64,000 bases of DNA, from contig OZ024746.1 of NCBI GenBank assembly GCA_964016885.1, positions 102,238,001 through 102,302,000 of the forward strand, given 5' to 3'. A program made the translations under genes and the position numbers. This document shows positions 23,221-35,559 of the stretch, one piece after another (positions within the stretch are counted from its first letter, which is position 1; each line of letters opens with the position of its first letter). The notes beneath the pieces are model-generated. The model made no database searches. It saw only the letters and a program-made list of their open reading frames with translations, and was not told where the DNA came from. This stretch comes from Eledone cirrhosa (lineage: Eukaryota).

Positions 23221-25199
23221 ATATGAGTGAGAAAAGAGCCTAAACATCTGAATTTTCATAGTAAATACACATATAGATGCACACTATTGGATGGTTATTG
23301 ACTCTCATGAGTTCCTCTGCTCTTTGATGAATGTTGTTTTTCATCCTGTTTGGTGCACAGCTCATAAGAGCCTCCTATATTCAGCTCACCTGTCAATTAT
23401 ACAGACACCATACAATCTATCCCTCACTCAGAGGAAAATCCCATTGTTGTTAACTGACGTAGTTGCTCCCTGAACCTTTTCCACCCTACTGTTATTCTAG
23501 ATACTATGCTTTCAGAACCCACTTCACCTAACTAGCAGGTGCTATTGATTATTTCTATAGAATCTTCTCTGAATTAGAAAAGGTCTATTTTACTGGTGCT
23601 CTTCTATCCTGGTACATCAAACACATATAAAATCTACTTTCACTGTTAGCATGCCTACAATCCCACCACACCTATTCTGTAGCCAGATTTTAAATTAAAC
23701 ACTGTACATTTCCCTGAGTCTTGTCTTTCCTAAAATTTGAGTCTTTTTTATTCTAGATTTAGTTCTCACAGACAACTGGGAGCTGCTGTATACTGATATA
23801 CACCCACCTACATACTAAATTCTTCAATGAACTCATTGCCAATTGTATATACATATAGTATTTATACAGTTACAGTCAAAATATTTTGCTGATATACTAG
23901 GTTTTCTGTCAACAGAAAATCTGGCTGCAAGTAGTAAGAAAAACAAAACAAAATGTTTAATGTTTATTTTTAGTTACAGCTTGGACTGCAGGACATTCTC
24001 TTCATCAGGTGTCATCCTTATGAAGAAAGCACAAGCAGGACTGAGACACGGAATATAAGGATATCCCCACCAGAATAATAAAGGCAGGTGAGGAAGAATG
24101 CGTGACTAAGGCAATATCCTAACCCATATCTAACATGTCTATACTATTCTAGATAGATATCCATTCAAGCCCTGCTGTGTTTGTTTCTAGAATGATCTCT
24201 GCTGCCTCCACAGCCTTCTCTATTTCTTTCCTATCAGTATTGTTTCAACTGTGTACTTCAAACATAATATAGTAGTAGGGCTTTTGCTACTTTAAACTCC
24301 CCCAAAGGCGATGTTAAAGGCAGCAGAAGTTATGCAGTAGCACTATATAGCCCTACTTCTGGGAAGCCTTGCAAGAGATGAACTATGCTCATAGGAACAA
24401 CCTTATTAAAAGTCCATGTTGCTAACACCACACTTTAAACTTCTTTAGTACACACTACTGTTGTCAATAACTGTTTCAACTCTTAGTATCATTTAATGAT
24501 ATGACCAAAATTCTTCATTGCTTGATCTTTGACCACTGGAATCATCTCCCATCCAATTTCAAATGCAATTCTGACCTCACATGTATGGACTTACTGTGGC
24601 TGGTTTTGGCTTTGATGTGCAGTCAACATTGGCAGAGTGACTCAGCAAACCACACTAAGAGAGTATTTGCTTCTTTCCTAGTTTCCACCATGGCAGTAAT
24701 GTCATTCATAAAAGCAGTGTCAGCAATACTAAGTATCCTCTGATCCTCACATTGCTTAACATCAACTCTATAGCCACCATGAAGAGGAGTGAATAAATGC
24801 AAGACTGTATACATGAGAGCCACCTCGGGTATTCTCATACCTACCTTTTCTCCGAGTTTTCCATCTATATATTTGGTCATGTTCTAGTCTAGCCAACATG
24901 CTAAGTGAATATGCTTTACTGAGGATATCTAATAAGATCAAAACATGTCTATTATATTCACCACACACACACACATTATCTAAAACTGTTTCAAAAGACT
25001 TTAATCAGCTCAGCCTAGAGGAGTTCTCACCATTCCTTGTGTCTCAATATTTGAATACTCCTAAAGGGACAGTTAGTTTTGAAATTGCAAGGTTAGCCTC
25101 AGTTCATTGGAGTTATTTCCCACCTGCCATATCCTAAGTTTGAGACTACCTGTGTGTGTACACATCAAGCAGGTTGCTCATGTTAGGCATTTTAACCTC

Positions 25200-26190
25200 T
25201 ACTTACTGCTGACAAACACATGGCAGATTTAATCTAGATGCAGTTCAGCTTTATGTCAGGAAGAGATATTATTGGCGCCTTCTTCCTTCTGAGACAACTG
25301 TAGGAAAAATACTAAACAAATGTCTTGTGAGGCCTGCATAGAGCCAATGAATAATGATAAATTGGGAATATCAGTAGGGGTACACCAAAGCTCAAATCCC
25401 AGATTCTTGTTTATTACTGGCTACCCATGGAATTGAATGTAGAAGAGTTAGAGGTAATATTCCAGATATGGAATCAAAACATAAAATTGAAAGGTTTGAA
25501 AGTAATCTTAAAGATTAACATTTTAATAAGTAGAACCCATGCTAGTGTGGAAAATGGACGTTAAACGATGATGATGATAGAAAACAGGATTCTGATACCA
25601 TCAGGGAAATGGCCTTCTCATTATGCAGAAATTCTTTAAGGCACTTACAATGTAAATTATGAATGAACAAGAATTAGTAGAATTACAAAAATGTTAACAG
25701 AAAGTAGGCTTCACATGTAGCAGATGCATAGGAGAAATAAACACTCACTAAGAGCACACATGATTCTCCCAAGAAGTCAACAGTTTTTGTTAGCTAGGTG
25801 AACTTAGCTGCAGTGAAGGTGGGTGCTTTGAAAACATAGTAACTAGAGTAAGAATGGCTTGGAAGCATTTCATAGAGCTATTACCCCTACTGGCCAAAAA
25901 GGACGTCTATCTCAAAGTGGAGGGCTGGCTGTGATGCTGCATGGCAGTGAGATGGGGGCCTGGACTGCAGAGGATCTGTGAAGACTAAAAAGAAATGAAT
26001 CAAATATGCTCCAGTTGATGTTATTGTAACGTGACATTAATGATGCTGAAAAAAAGATTACACTGGTACAGACGTGTGATGTATATGGAAGATGACAGTA
26101 CGTGTAGGACATTGATAGCAGGTAGGACCTGTGGAAATAACCCACATGGGACAAAGTGGAGAACACTGCCCTGATGATATGTGCTGTTAG
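25200..26190 (+). mobile_element. highly degraded RTE fragment
   Basis: Remnants of DEMQF-F, VGVHQ-S, PSGKWP, ELLPLL, LHGSE-GAW, RL-RNE. Confidence 0.65.
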
Positions 26191-28228
26191 AGATAACTAC
26201 CCATTGCTATAAACAAGACAATATCTTCCTATTTCTACTCTATTTGCTATACACATTTACCATTATCACCTACACACCGTGTCACCATACATCTCTGGTC
26301 CAGCCTTCTATTCTCACTCTCAAAGAAGGCAACATCCCTTCAATAATGATACACTACCACAGAGTCCACATCTTGAAATAGTACTGTAAATAGATATGCT
26401 TCACCGACAATTACATAAGTCCAGCTATACATAATATTATATAACTACAGTACTCCATGTAAAATGTTAGGCGTTAGGAAGGGCATCCAGCCGTGGACAC
26501 CAGACCAAATACGGAACGTATGAGTAACATGAGGTCGTTTTGACCCATTTGATTCCGGATCATAACTTGTCCAGCCCATTCAAGCATGGAAAGTGGGCGT
26601 AAAATTATATACGATACATATGATATACAAATATATACAATTTTAATTTAATTGCAAAGAATCGACGAGATTTGTGTTACATTATAAACTGACGTAGACA
26701 ATATATTCAGAAATATCTTGTTTATCAAAAGAACATTTTGACTCCTATAATAACATTGATATTTCAACTTTGAATTCTGTGCTTTACATAACTTTATAAA
26801 ATTGTCATAGTAATTACATTTTCGCATATTTAAGCGAATCAGAATTGAAAATGTAGTTTCTCCGAAAGCACTGAAGTAAATGTGTCTAGAAAGAACAGCT
26901 CTATAATTCTACTGTATATAATAGTTAAATATGAGAATTACTGCAATAATAGAAATGTAAGAAGCAGTTGTTCTATGTAGATTTATTAAATGGCGATATT
27001 ACGTCATGAGTGAAGATAACACCTTTAAAACTATTTCCTGTTGAATTCATTAGAAAAGAATCAGAGTTTGAAACAATCGAATGGAGTTGTGGTAAGAGAA
27101 GATTTCAATCCCAGAAGGGAAGTAAAACATTTAAAAGGCCAACTAATGTTAAGTTAAATGTTACTACATTATCAATGTAATTATTGGAGCTATATAAATA
27201 GTTAAGTAAAAGTCATTAATAGCAGTGGTGTGTTCACCGCCACACCATTCTCATATATATAGATCTATATAAACATGTAAAGAATGTAGCGTTAAGTAAT
27301 TCTGTGAAGAAAGGAGACGAATTTCCCAGTAAATTATTGCAAGCACATGGAAAAACTAATTTAGCCGGTCTCCATCGTAATATTGAGGACATGTTTCTAA
27401 AGCAATCTGCTGGATTATTTCCATTCATCGACATCCTATTAAATCTAACTCACCGAAAACACTGAAGCAGCAGGAATCTTAATTTTATTACAACAGACAA
27501 CCCGCCTTCAGTTAATACAAACACATAATCGATGTGAGGTATTTTTTTTTTTAGAACTTGCGTTTTCTCTATCGCCATTACCAGCAGATATGAAGACACG
27601 GAGTCTTTTCTAGTCCCATAGTCTCCTGGATAAGGCAACAGTCTACTAAAGGTTTAGCTCAGAATAATTAGTGATAAGTTCCTTCTTTCAATTGTTAGAG
27701 TATTAATGATAATTTAAGTATATAGCAGTAAACTGTTTCCAATATATTAAATTATGGCCAGTTAAACTAGTTTGACAAAAGTTTATATGGTCATGAACAC
27801 AATATACAGATGACGATCAGACATTAATTCACAGAATTACGGAGCGTGCTTCAGGAATGTTATCAAAATAATAATCACATTCCATAATAAAGAAGAAAAA
27901 GACATTACATCTGAAGAATAATTGTTTTCTACATTTGTTCATCACAATCTTACAAGAAAATTATCAGTGGAAACTAATTATTCAAATGAAATACTATTGT
28001 CACTCCAGAAGTAAATAAAAGAATGTTAAACTCGAACACTTATCTGTTGACAATTAGAAAAAGAGGAGTGGCTATAGACTGTATCATTTGGAGAAGAATA
28101 GGGGTATATATTATAAAGAATCGGAACCCAACGGCTGAGCTCTTTATAACATAACCATACTCTACTACTCCAAGTATCGAGTATTTTGTTGAGTAATGGT
28201 CTAATTAGTTTCAAATTGGTTCTATCCT

Positions 28229-28260
<32 letters not shown>

Positions 28261-28300
28261 CATCCTGATATATATATATGTATATATCCTGATATATATA

Positions 28301-28470
28301 ATTGTTTCTACTTTAGGCACAAGGCCAGCAATTATCAGTGCATTACTGGTACTTTATTTTATCGACCCCGTAAGGATGAAAGGCAAAGTCAACCTCGGCG
28401 ATATATATAATTGTTTCTACTTTAGGCACAAGGCCAGCAATTACCCAGTGCATTACTGGTACTTTATTTC
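28301..28470 (-). mobile_element. tRNA-SINE 3' part with partial tandem duplication
   Basis: Two adjacent copies of ATTGTTTCTACTTTAGGCACAAGGCCAGCAATT..GTGCATTACTGGTACTTTATT. Confidence 0.7.
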
Positions 28471-30061
28471 GGCGATATATATAATATCCTAAATTTACCA
28501 AGAGTAGACGGGAAAATAATAAAAGAACGTTGACAAGGATATTTTAATAGAGCAGATAATATATTCTGTTTAGTGCATAAACAGCTTCTTTTTAAAGTAT
28601 TTTCCTTGACATTAAACACAAAAATATTTCTTTTTACAATTAAAATACTACTTCAGAAAACTATGCCAATAAAGTATTTTTAATTAACTGCTTCAAAATA
28701 ATTCAATCCATTGATTTTTAATAACCAAATTTAAAGGAAGGAACTATTAGTGAACTTATATTTGATATAATTTAACCTTTTTCCTTCCAGCTCACATTCC
28801 TACAACAGTTTCACTAGATTAAACCCCTAAATACATTCTAATTCAAACCAAACATTATTAAATCGACTGACATTCGTAACCGGTATTATTAGTACCAGTA
28901 ATTAATAGGGGTAGATTTAATCGACTTTTCCCCTTTCCCAAAACTGCAGGCCTTGGGCCTAAAGTAGAAATCATTATTTTAAGATAAATAGTAATTTGTG
29001 TTAAGAGTATTTTACAAGAAAATCTTTGAAGTCACGAAAGGTTTAATACCTTATTTTAATTCATTAAAGCAATATATTATATTGTAGAATATATTCTCGA
29101 AAAATACACAAGACTGTACACTTATATTTCCCCTTAGTTTATGATTGGACACTTATTAAACATTTGTGATTACTAAAGTTATATATATATATATACACAT
29201 ACATGCGTATGCATATATGTAGCTAATTATATATATACACACACATACATACGTGGATGTATAACTAAAAATACACACATAACTAAATATATACATATAC
29301 ACACGTGTGTATATAATTATACACAACTCAAGGAAGAAAATTCTTTAACAATGAGGAGGGGGGGGGGGGGAGAAAAGACAACTCTGTTAAAACTAAAATA
29401 TTTTCAGAGAAATTCGTAAATATTTCCCAATTTTACCAATTTCTAAGTTTAATTTAAATATTGGTCAGTATTGTTAAATATTGATGTTTATTCATCCTAC
29501 ATTAGCATCTAGAAGAAAGGACATGTCAAACTGAATTTAAGAGTGTTGGTAGTTTACTTAACCGTTTTGAAATTGTTTTACAATTTATTAGGATTTTTTG
29601 CCGACAAACTACGTCGAAGAAGATTTAACCACAAATAAAGTCAAATAAAATGTTTAAACTTTCGAAAATGTGAGATAAAAAAAAAAAAAAATAATATGCA
29701 TCGTTCGTCATACAATAAACTTTTAAATTAAATTGCCATTAAAGGTAAAAAGTAATGGAAAGATCGTTGATAAACACACAGGATATTAAATCAATATTTA
29801 CGTGCAGGAATACACATTTAATGGACATTAGAAATGTAGAATATGTTAACTTCTACATATAAATTAATAATTAATGAAAGGAATCAAATTGTAAATGATG
29901 TCCTCAAAGTTATATTTGACAATTTTTACAAGTACATAATTGTGATTTATATTAAAAACTCTCGTTATAAATTAATGTTAGAAAAGAACGACTTAGGTTT
30001 CTAGTAAACAGAAAATAAAACAATTGTAATTTGTAAATGACATAGATAAACATATAATTAC

Positions 30062-30779
30062 CAAGAAGTGCTGCAAACAGACAAAATCGACTGGGATGAA
30101 GATTAAGACACTTAGCTATGTCGTCCATAATGTATTCCTTAGTTTCCAAAGAACCTTTATAGGTAAGTTTCAAGTTATTTGAAGAGAAATAACGAGGTGG
30201 GTCAAATATAGCGTACACAGAATCCTGGGCAATGATTCCTTGCAATCCATGTTCTCGACAATATCCGATCACTTCTTGATGATGATCGTCCATAGAACAA
30301 GCGACAGACACATTTAACTGACGAAGGGCCATACGAAGGGCACTTCGTAAAAAAACAGGAGGGGTCCACCATACTTTCGGCGGCGGTGTTCCTTTGTTGT
30401 TCACGTGTTTGGTGACTAGATTTGCTTTTTTCCTCTGATTCTGTTGTTCAGCTGACCATTCATTTAAACTTTGACTTTCAAGAGCACCGTTGAAGAATAC
30501 AACTAGTTCCATGTTGGCACTGTGGCAAGCCTGAACAAGGCTTGTGAGAAAATACATCATGCGGTTCCACTGACCACCACATACCCAATCAGAGAAATAA
30601 CCACCATAAAGTCGATCTAAACAACTTTCGGCATCCACCACCAAATAAAAGTGACCAGAATCGTTGAATTTATATCGTCGTTTAGGTACAAATCCACGTG
30701 ATATCTTCAGTAAATCCACCGAAACACATGCACTTGAGCAACGTGTTTCCAGAAATTCTTGTAAAGCCTTGATACCCAT
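30062..30779 (-). CDS. FAM120A: FAM120A-like (constitutive coactivator of PPAR-gamma-like; N-terminal PIN-like domain), first coding exon
   Basis: MGIKALQEFLE..VDAESCLDRLYGGYFSDWVCGGQWN..LVVFFNGALE..HVNNKGTPPPKVWW.PP..DDHHQEVIGYCRE..PRYFSS..LETKEY..FAALLG is the FAM120 family N-terminus. Similarity stops at a phase-1 donor G|GTAATT (intron from 30061); 718 nt = 239 codons + 1. The next exon was not found in the window. Confidence 0.92.
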
Positions 30780-30949
30780 TTTGTTTTATTTTTGCACAAT
30801 TTCCTCCTATTCTATATCCTTCTGGCCTCAGCCCACGGGAGGATCTCTTTTGATTTGATGTCTTCTAACCCCTTCAATAATATTTAAATCTACCGGTTAA
30901 CTCATCAAAATAAAATAATAAAGAAAAGAAAAAAAAGAGTACGGGCACG

Positions 30950-31150
30950 TTATCACCATCTATTTGGCTACCATGTGCAGCCTCTTCTTCCCTTCCTTCT
31001 CACCGGTCGGTGGCGCTACACTCACAGATGCCCGGATATAAAACATCCCATAATTGTAGCAGTCATTACCAACTTCCGGTCTACATACCATAACTGTAAC
31101 ATCCCATAATTGTATTACCAACTTCCGGTCTACATACCGGAAGTACTTCT
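30950..31150 (-). promoter_or_regulatory. probable FAM120A promoter: GC-richer island with three ETS (CCGGAAGT) sites
   Basis: ACTTCCGG at 31072 and 31121, CCGGAAGT at 31137; ~45-bp direct duplication AACATCCCATAATTG..ATTACCAACTTCCGGTCTACATACC; ~300 bp upstream of the ATG. Confidence 0.6.
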
Positions 31151-31674
31151 ATAAATTAAAACCTATTAATTTTCAATAGTTTTGTTATTTATATACGATA
31201 AAGTTTCTGTGTGTGTGTGTGTATATATTTATATATGTCATATATATATATAATATTTATATGTGTGTGTATGCCGGGTTCAAGTATATTAATATATATA
31301 TATATATATATATATACATACATAGAGAAAGAGACTCAAAGAAAAAAAAATTAAATAATATACTTGATATTTTAAATAATTTACTTGAAAGGGAAACAAT
31401 TTTTTCCAATAATTTGAATTTTTAAACTTTACTTTTACTTTTGATATTAAAATAATTGAAAATTGATAATTTCCATAACAGTTTTGATTAATATATAACA
31501 TTTTTGAATATTTTGTATTTAGTTTTTAAAATAAAAATTCTTTTGAAGATATTGTTTATTTACTCGAAAAATAATCATTAAATTGATTTTTTTGAAGCTA
31601 TAACTGATGTGTTCAAATATTTTTACTGACAATAAACAAATAAATATGTATTACTACTTTCGGAAAGTACTTTC

Positions 31675-32063
31675 ATCATCATCATCATCAACGTTTAACG
31701 TCCGTGTTCCACGCTTGCATGGGTTTGGACGGGGGTAGTCCCACTTGAGGCAAGAGTGATTGTCTTGCTCGCATAGGACTGTCTGGCAGGTTTTCTACAG
31801 TTGGATGCCCTTCCTAACACCAACCACATTTACAGTGTGGGTCTGGGAGGTTTTTACCGTGTTGCCTACACGGCCACATTACTTTATGCATGTAAAAACA
31901 AATACGTTGATGGGATAAAAATGACATTTTGAATAGCATCATCATCATCATCGTGTCCACATCTTGCTCACGTTGTTTTGGGCTTGGGTCCTACAGTTTG
32001 ATGCCCTTCCTAAAGTCAACCACTTTACAGCGTGTACTATAAGCCTTTTATGGCAGCAGTACT
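31675..32063 (-). mobile_element. two RTE-related SINE/3'-end copies
   Basis: (CAT)n tails at 31675 and 31938; GATGCCCTTCCTAA motif twice. Confidence 0.75.
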
Positions 32064-35000
32064 ACCACATTACAGAGTAGACTGTATCTTACACTGTGAC
32101 ACTACCATCTTACAAAGTAGACTGGGTACCTTACACTGTGACATTACCACCTTACAGAGTAGACTGGGTACCTTAAAATGTGACACTACACCCATACAGA
32201 GTAGACTGGGTACCTTACACTGTGACATCACCTACTAACAGTGTAGACTGGGTACATTACACTGTGACACTACCACCTTACAGACTGGGTACCTTACACT
32301 GTGACACTACCACCACTTTACAGTGTAGTATGGGTACCTTACAATGTGACACTAGCACTACCTTACATCGTCGACTGGGTACATTACACTGTGAAACAAC
32401 CACCTTACAGAGTAGACTGGGTACCTTACACTGTGACACTGCCACCTTACAGAGTAGACTGGGTACTTTACACCGTGACACTAGCATTACCGTACATAGT
32501 CGACTGGGTACATTACACTGTGACACTACCGCCTTATAGAGTAGACTGGGTACCTTACACTGTGAAACTACCAGCTTAACGAGTAGACTGGGTACCTTAC
32601 ACTGTGACACTACCACCTTACAGAGTAGACTGAGTAACTTACACTGTGATACGAGCAACTCCTTACAGAATAGACTGGGTATCTTACACTGTGACACTAC
32701 CACCACCTTAACGAGTAGACTGGGTACCATACATTGTGACACCAGCACCGTACAGTGTGACACTAGTACCACATTACAGAGTAGACTGGGTACCTTACAC
32801 TGTGACACTACCAGCTTATAGAGTAGTCTGGGTACATTACACTGTGACACTAGCACCTTACAGAGTAGTCTGGGTATGTTACACTGTGATAGTATAGACT
32901 GGGTACCTTACACTGTGAAAATACTACCACCCGACAGAGTAGACTGGGTACCTTACACTGTGAATCTACCACATTACAGAATAGACTGGGTATCTTACAC
33001 TGTGACTCTGACACCACCTTATAGAGTAGACTGGGTACCTTACACTGTGACACTAGTACCTTACAGTGTAGCCTGGGTACCTTACACTGTGAAACTACCA
33101 CCTTACAGAGTTGACTGAGTACCTTACACTGTGACACTAACACCTTACAGATTAGAGTGGGTATCTTACACAGTGATAGTACCACCTTACAGAGTAAACG
33201 GGGCACCTTACATTGTGACACTAGCACCTTACAGAGTAGACTGGGTACCTTTCACTGTGAAACTACTACCTTACAAAGTAGACTGAGTAACTTACACTGT
33301 GATACGGGCAACTCCTTACAGAGTAGACTGGGTATCTTACACTGTGACACTACCAACTTATAGAGTAGACAGGGTACCGTACATGGTGACACTAGCACTG
33401 TACAGTGTGACACTAATACAACATTACAGAGTAGACTGGGTACCTTACACTGTGACACTACCACCTTATCGAGTAGACTGGCTACCTTACACTGTGACAC
33501 TAGCACGTTACAGGGTAGTCTGGGTATGTTACACTGTGACAGTATAGACTGGGTACCTTACACTGTGAAAATACTACCACCCGACAGAGTAGACTGGGTA
33601 CCTTACACTGTGAAAATACTACCACCCGACAGAGTAGACTGGGTACCTTACACTGAATCTACCACGTTACAGAATAGACTGGGTACCTTACACTGTGACT
33701 CTGACACCACCTTACAGAATAGAATGGGTACCTTACACCTTAACACTATCACCTTATAGAGTAGACTGTCTACCTTACACTGTAACACTAGCAATACCTT
33801 CGAGAGTGGACGGGGTACATTATTCTGTGGATCTTGCACCTTACAGAGTTGACTGGGTACCTTACACTGTGAAACTACCACTAGCTTACACAGTAGACTG
33901 GCTACCTTACACTGTGACACTACCACCTTATAAAGGAGACTGGGTACCTTAAACTGTGAATCTACCAAGTTACAGAATAGACTGGGTTGCTTACACTGTG
34001 GCATTAGTACCTTACAGTGTAGACTGGGTACCTTAAACTGTGAAACTACCATCTTACAGATTAGACTGGGTACCTTCCACTATGACACTACCACCTTACA
34101 GATTGGAGTAGGTACCTTACATTGTGAAACTACCACATTACAAATTAGAATGGGTACCTTACACTGTAACACTAGCACCACTTTACAGAGTAGTCTGAGC
34201 ACCTTACACTGTGACACTACCACTACCTTACAGATTAGACTGGGTATGTTACACTGCGAAACTACCGCCTTATAGAGTAGATTGGGTACCTTACACTGTG
34301 AAACTACCACTAACTGAAGAGTAGACTTGGTACCTTACACCGTGACACTACTACCTTATAGAGCAGACTGGGTACCTTACACTGTGACACTAGTACCTTA
34401 CAGTGTAGACTGGGTACCTTACACTGTGAAACTACCATCTTACAGAGTAGCCTGGGTACCTTACACTGTGATACTACCACCTTACAGAGTAGACTGGGTA
34501 ATTTACACTGTGACACTACCACCTTACAGAGTAGATTGGGTGCCTTACAATGTGACACTACCACCTTACAGAGTAGTCTGGGTACCTTACACTGTAACAC
34601 TACTACCACCTTACAGAGTTGACTGTGTACCTTACACTGTGACACTACCACTACATTACAAAAAAGACTGGGTACCTTACACTGTGACACTAGCACCACC
34701 TTACAGAGTAGACTGGGTATTTTTCACTGTGACACTACCACCTTACATAGTAGACTGAGTACCTTACACTGTGACACTACCACTTCACAGAGTAGACTGG
34801 GTACCTTACACTGTGACACTACCACCTTACAGAGTAGACTGGGTACCTTACACTCTGACACTAGGACCACCCTATAGAGTAGACTGACACTACCACCTTA
34901 CAGATTAAACTGGGTACCTTACACTGTGACACTACCACCTTATACAGTAGACTGGGTACCCTACACTGTGACACTAGCACCTTACAGAGTAGACTGGGTA

Positions 35001-35559
35001 CCTTACACTGTGACACTACCACCTTACAGAGTAGACTGAGTAACTTACACTGTGATACGGGCAACTCCTTACAGAGTAGACTGGGTATCTTACACTGTGA
35101 CACTACCACCTTATAGAGTAGACAGGGTACCGTACACTGTGACACTACACCGTACAGTGTGACACTAATACCACATTACAGAGTAGACTGGGTACCTTAC
35201 ACTGTGACACTACCATCTTATAGAGTAGACTGGCTACCTTACACTGTGACACTAGCACGTTACAGAGTAGTCTGGGTATGTTACACTGTGACAGTATAGA
35301 CTGGGTACCTTACACTGTGAAAATACTACCACCCGACAGAGTAGACTGGGTACCTTACACTGTGACTGACACCACCTTACAGAATAGAATGGGTACCTTA
35401 CACCTTAACACTGTCACCTTATAGAGTAGACTGTCTACCTTACACTGTAACACTAGCAATACCTTCGAGAGTGGACAGGGTACATTATTCTGTGAATCTC
35501 GCACCTTACAGAGTTGACTGGGTACCTTACACTGTGAAACTACCACTAGCTTACACAGT
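32064..35559. repeat. ~42-bp satellite array, left block
   Basis: Consensus TTACAGAGTAGACTGGGTACCTTACACTGTGACACTACCACC with 39/45-bp and half-unit variants; no unique spacers. Confidence 0.97.

Noticed and set aside
26700-28200. Possible decayed coding sequence (transposase?)
   Set aside because: Composition looks coding-like, but I could not recognise any family motif in the frames I tried; needs a translated search.
29952-30061. C-terminal 36 aa of the 275-aa FAM120 ORF
   Set aside because: Read-through into the intron after the GTAATT donor; AT-rich, with no family similarity.
32032-35546. Repetitive ORFs (VVSQCKVPSLLCK / PYRVDWVPYTVTLP)
   Set aside because: Artefacts of a 42-bp unit being a multiple of three; they appear in several frames on both strands with frequent stops.
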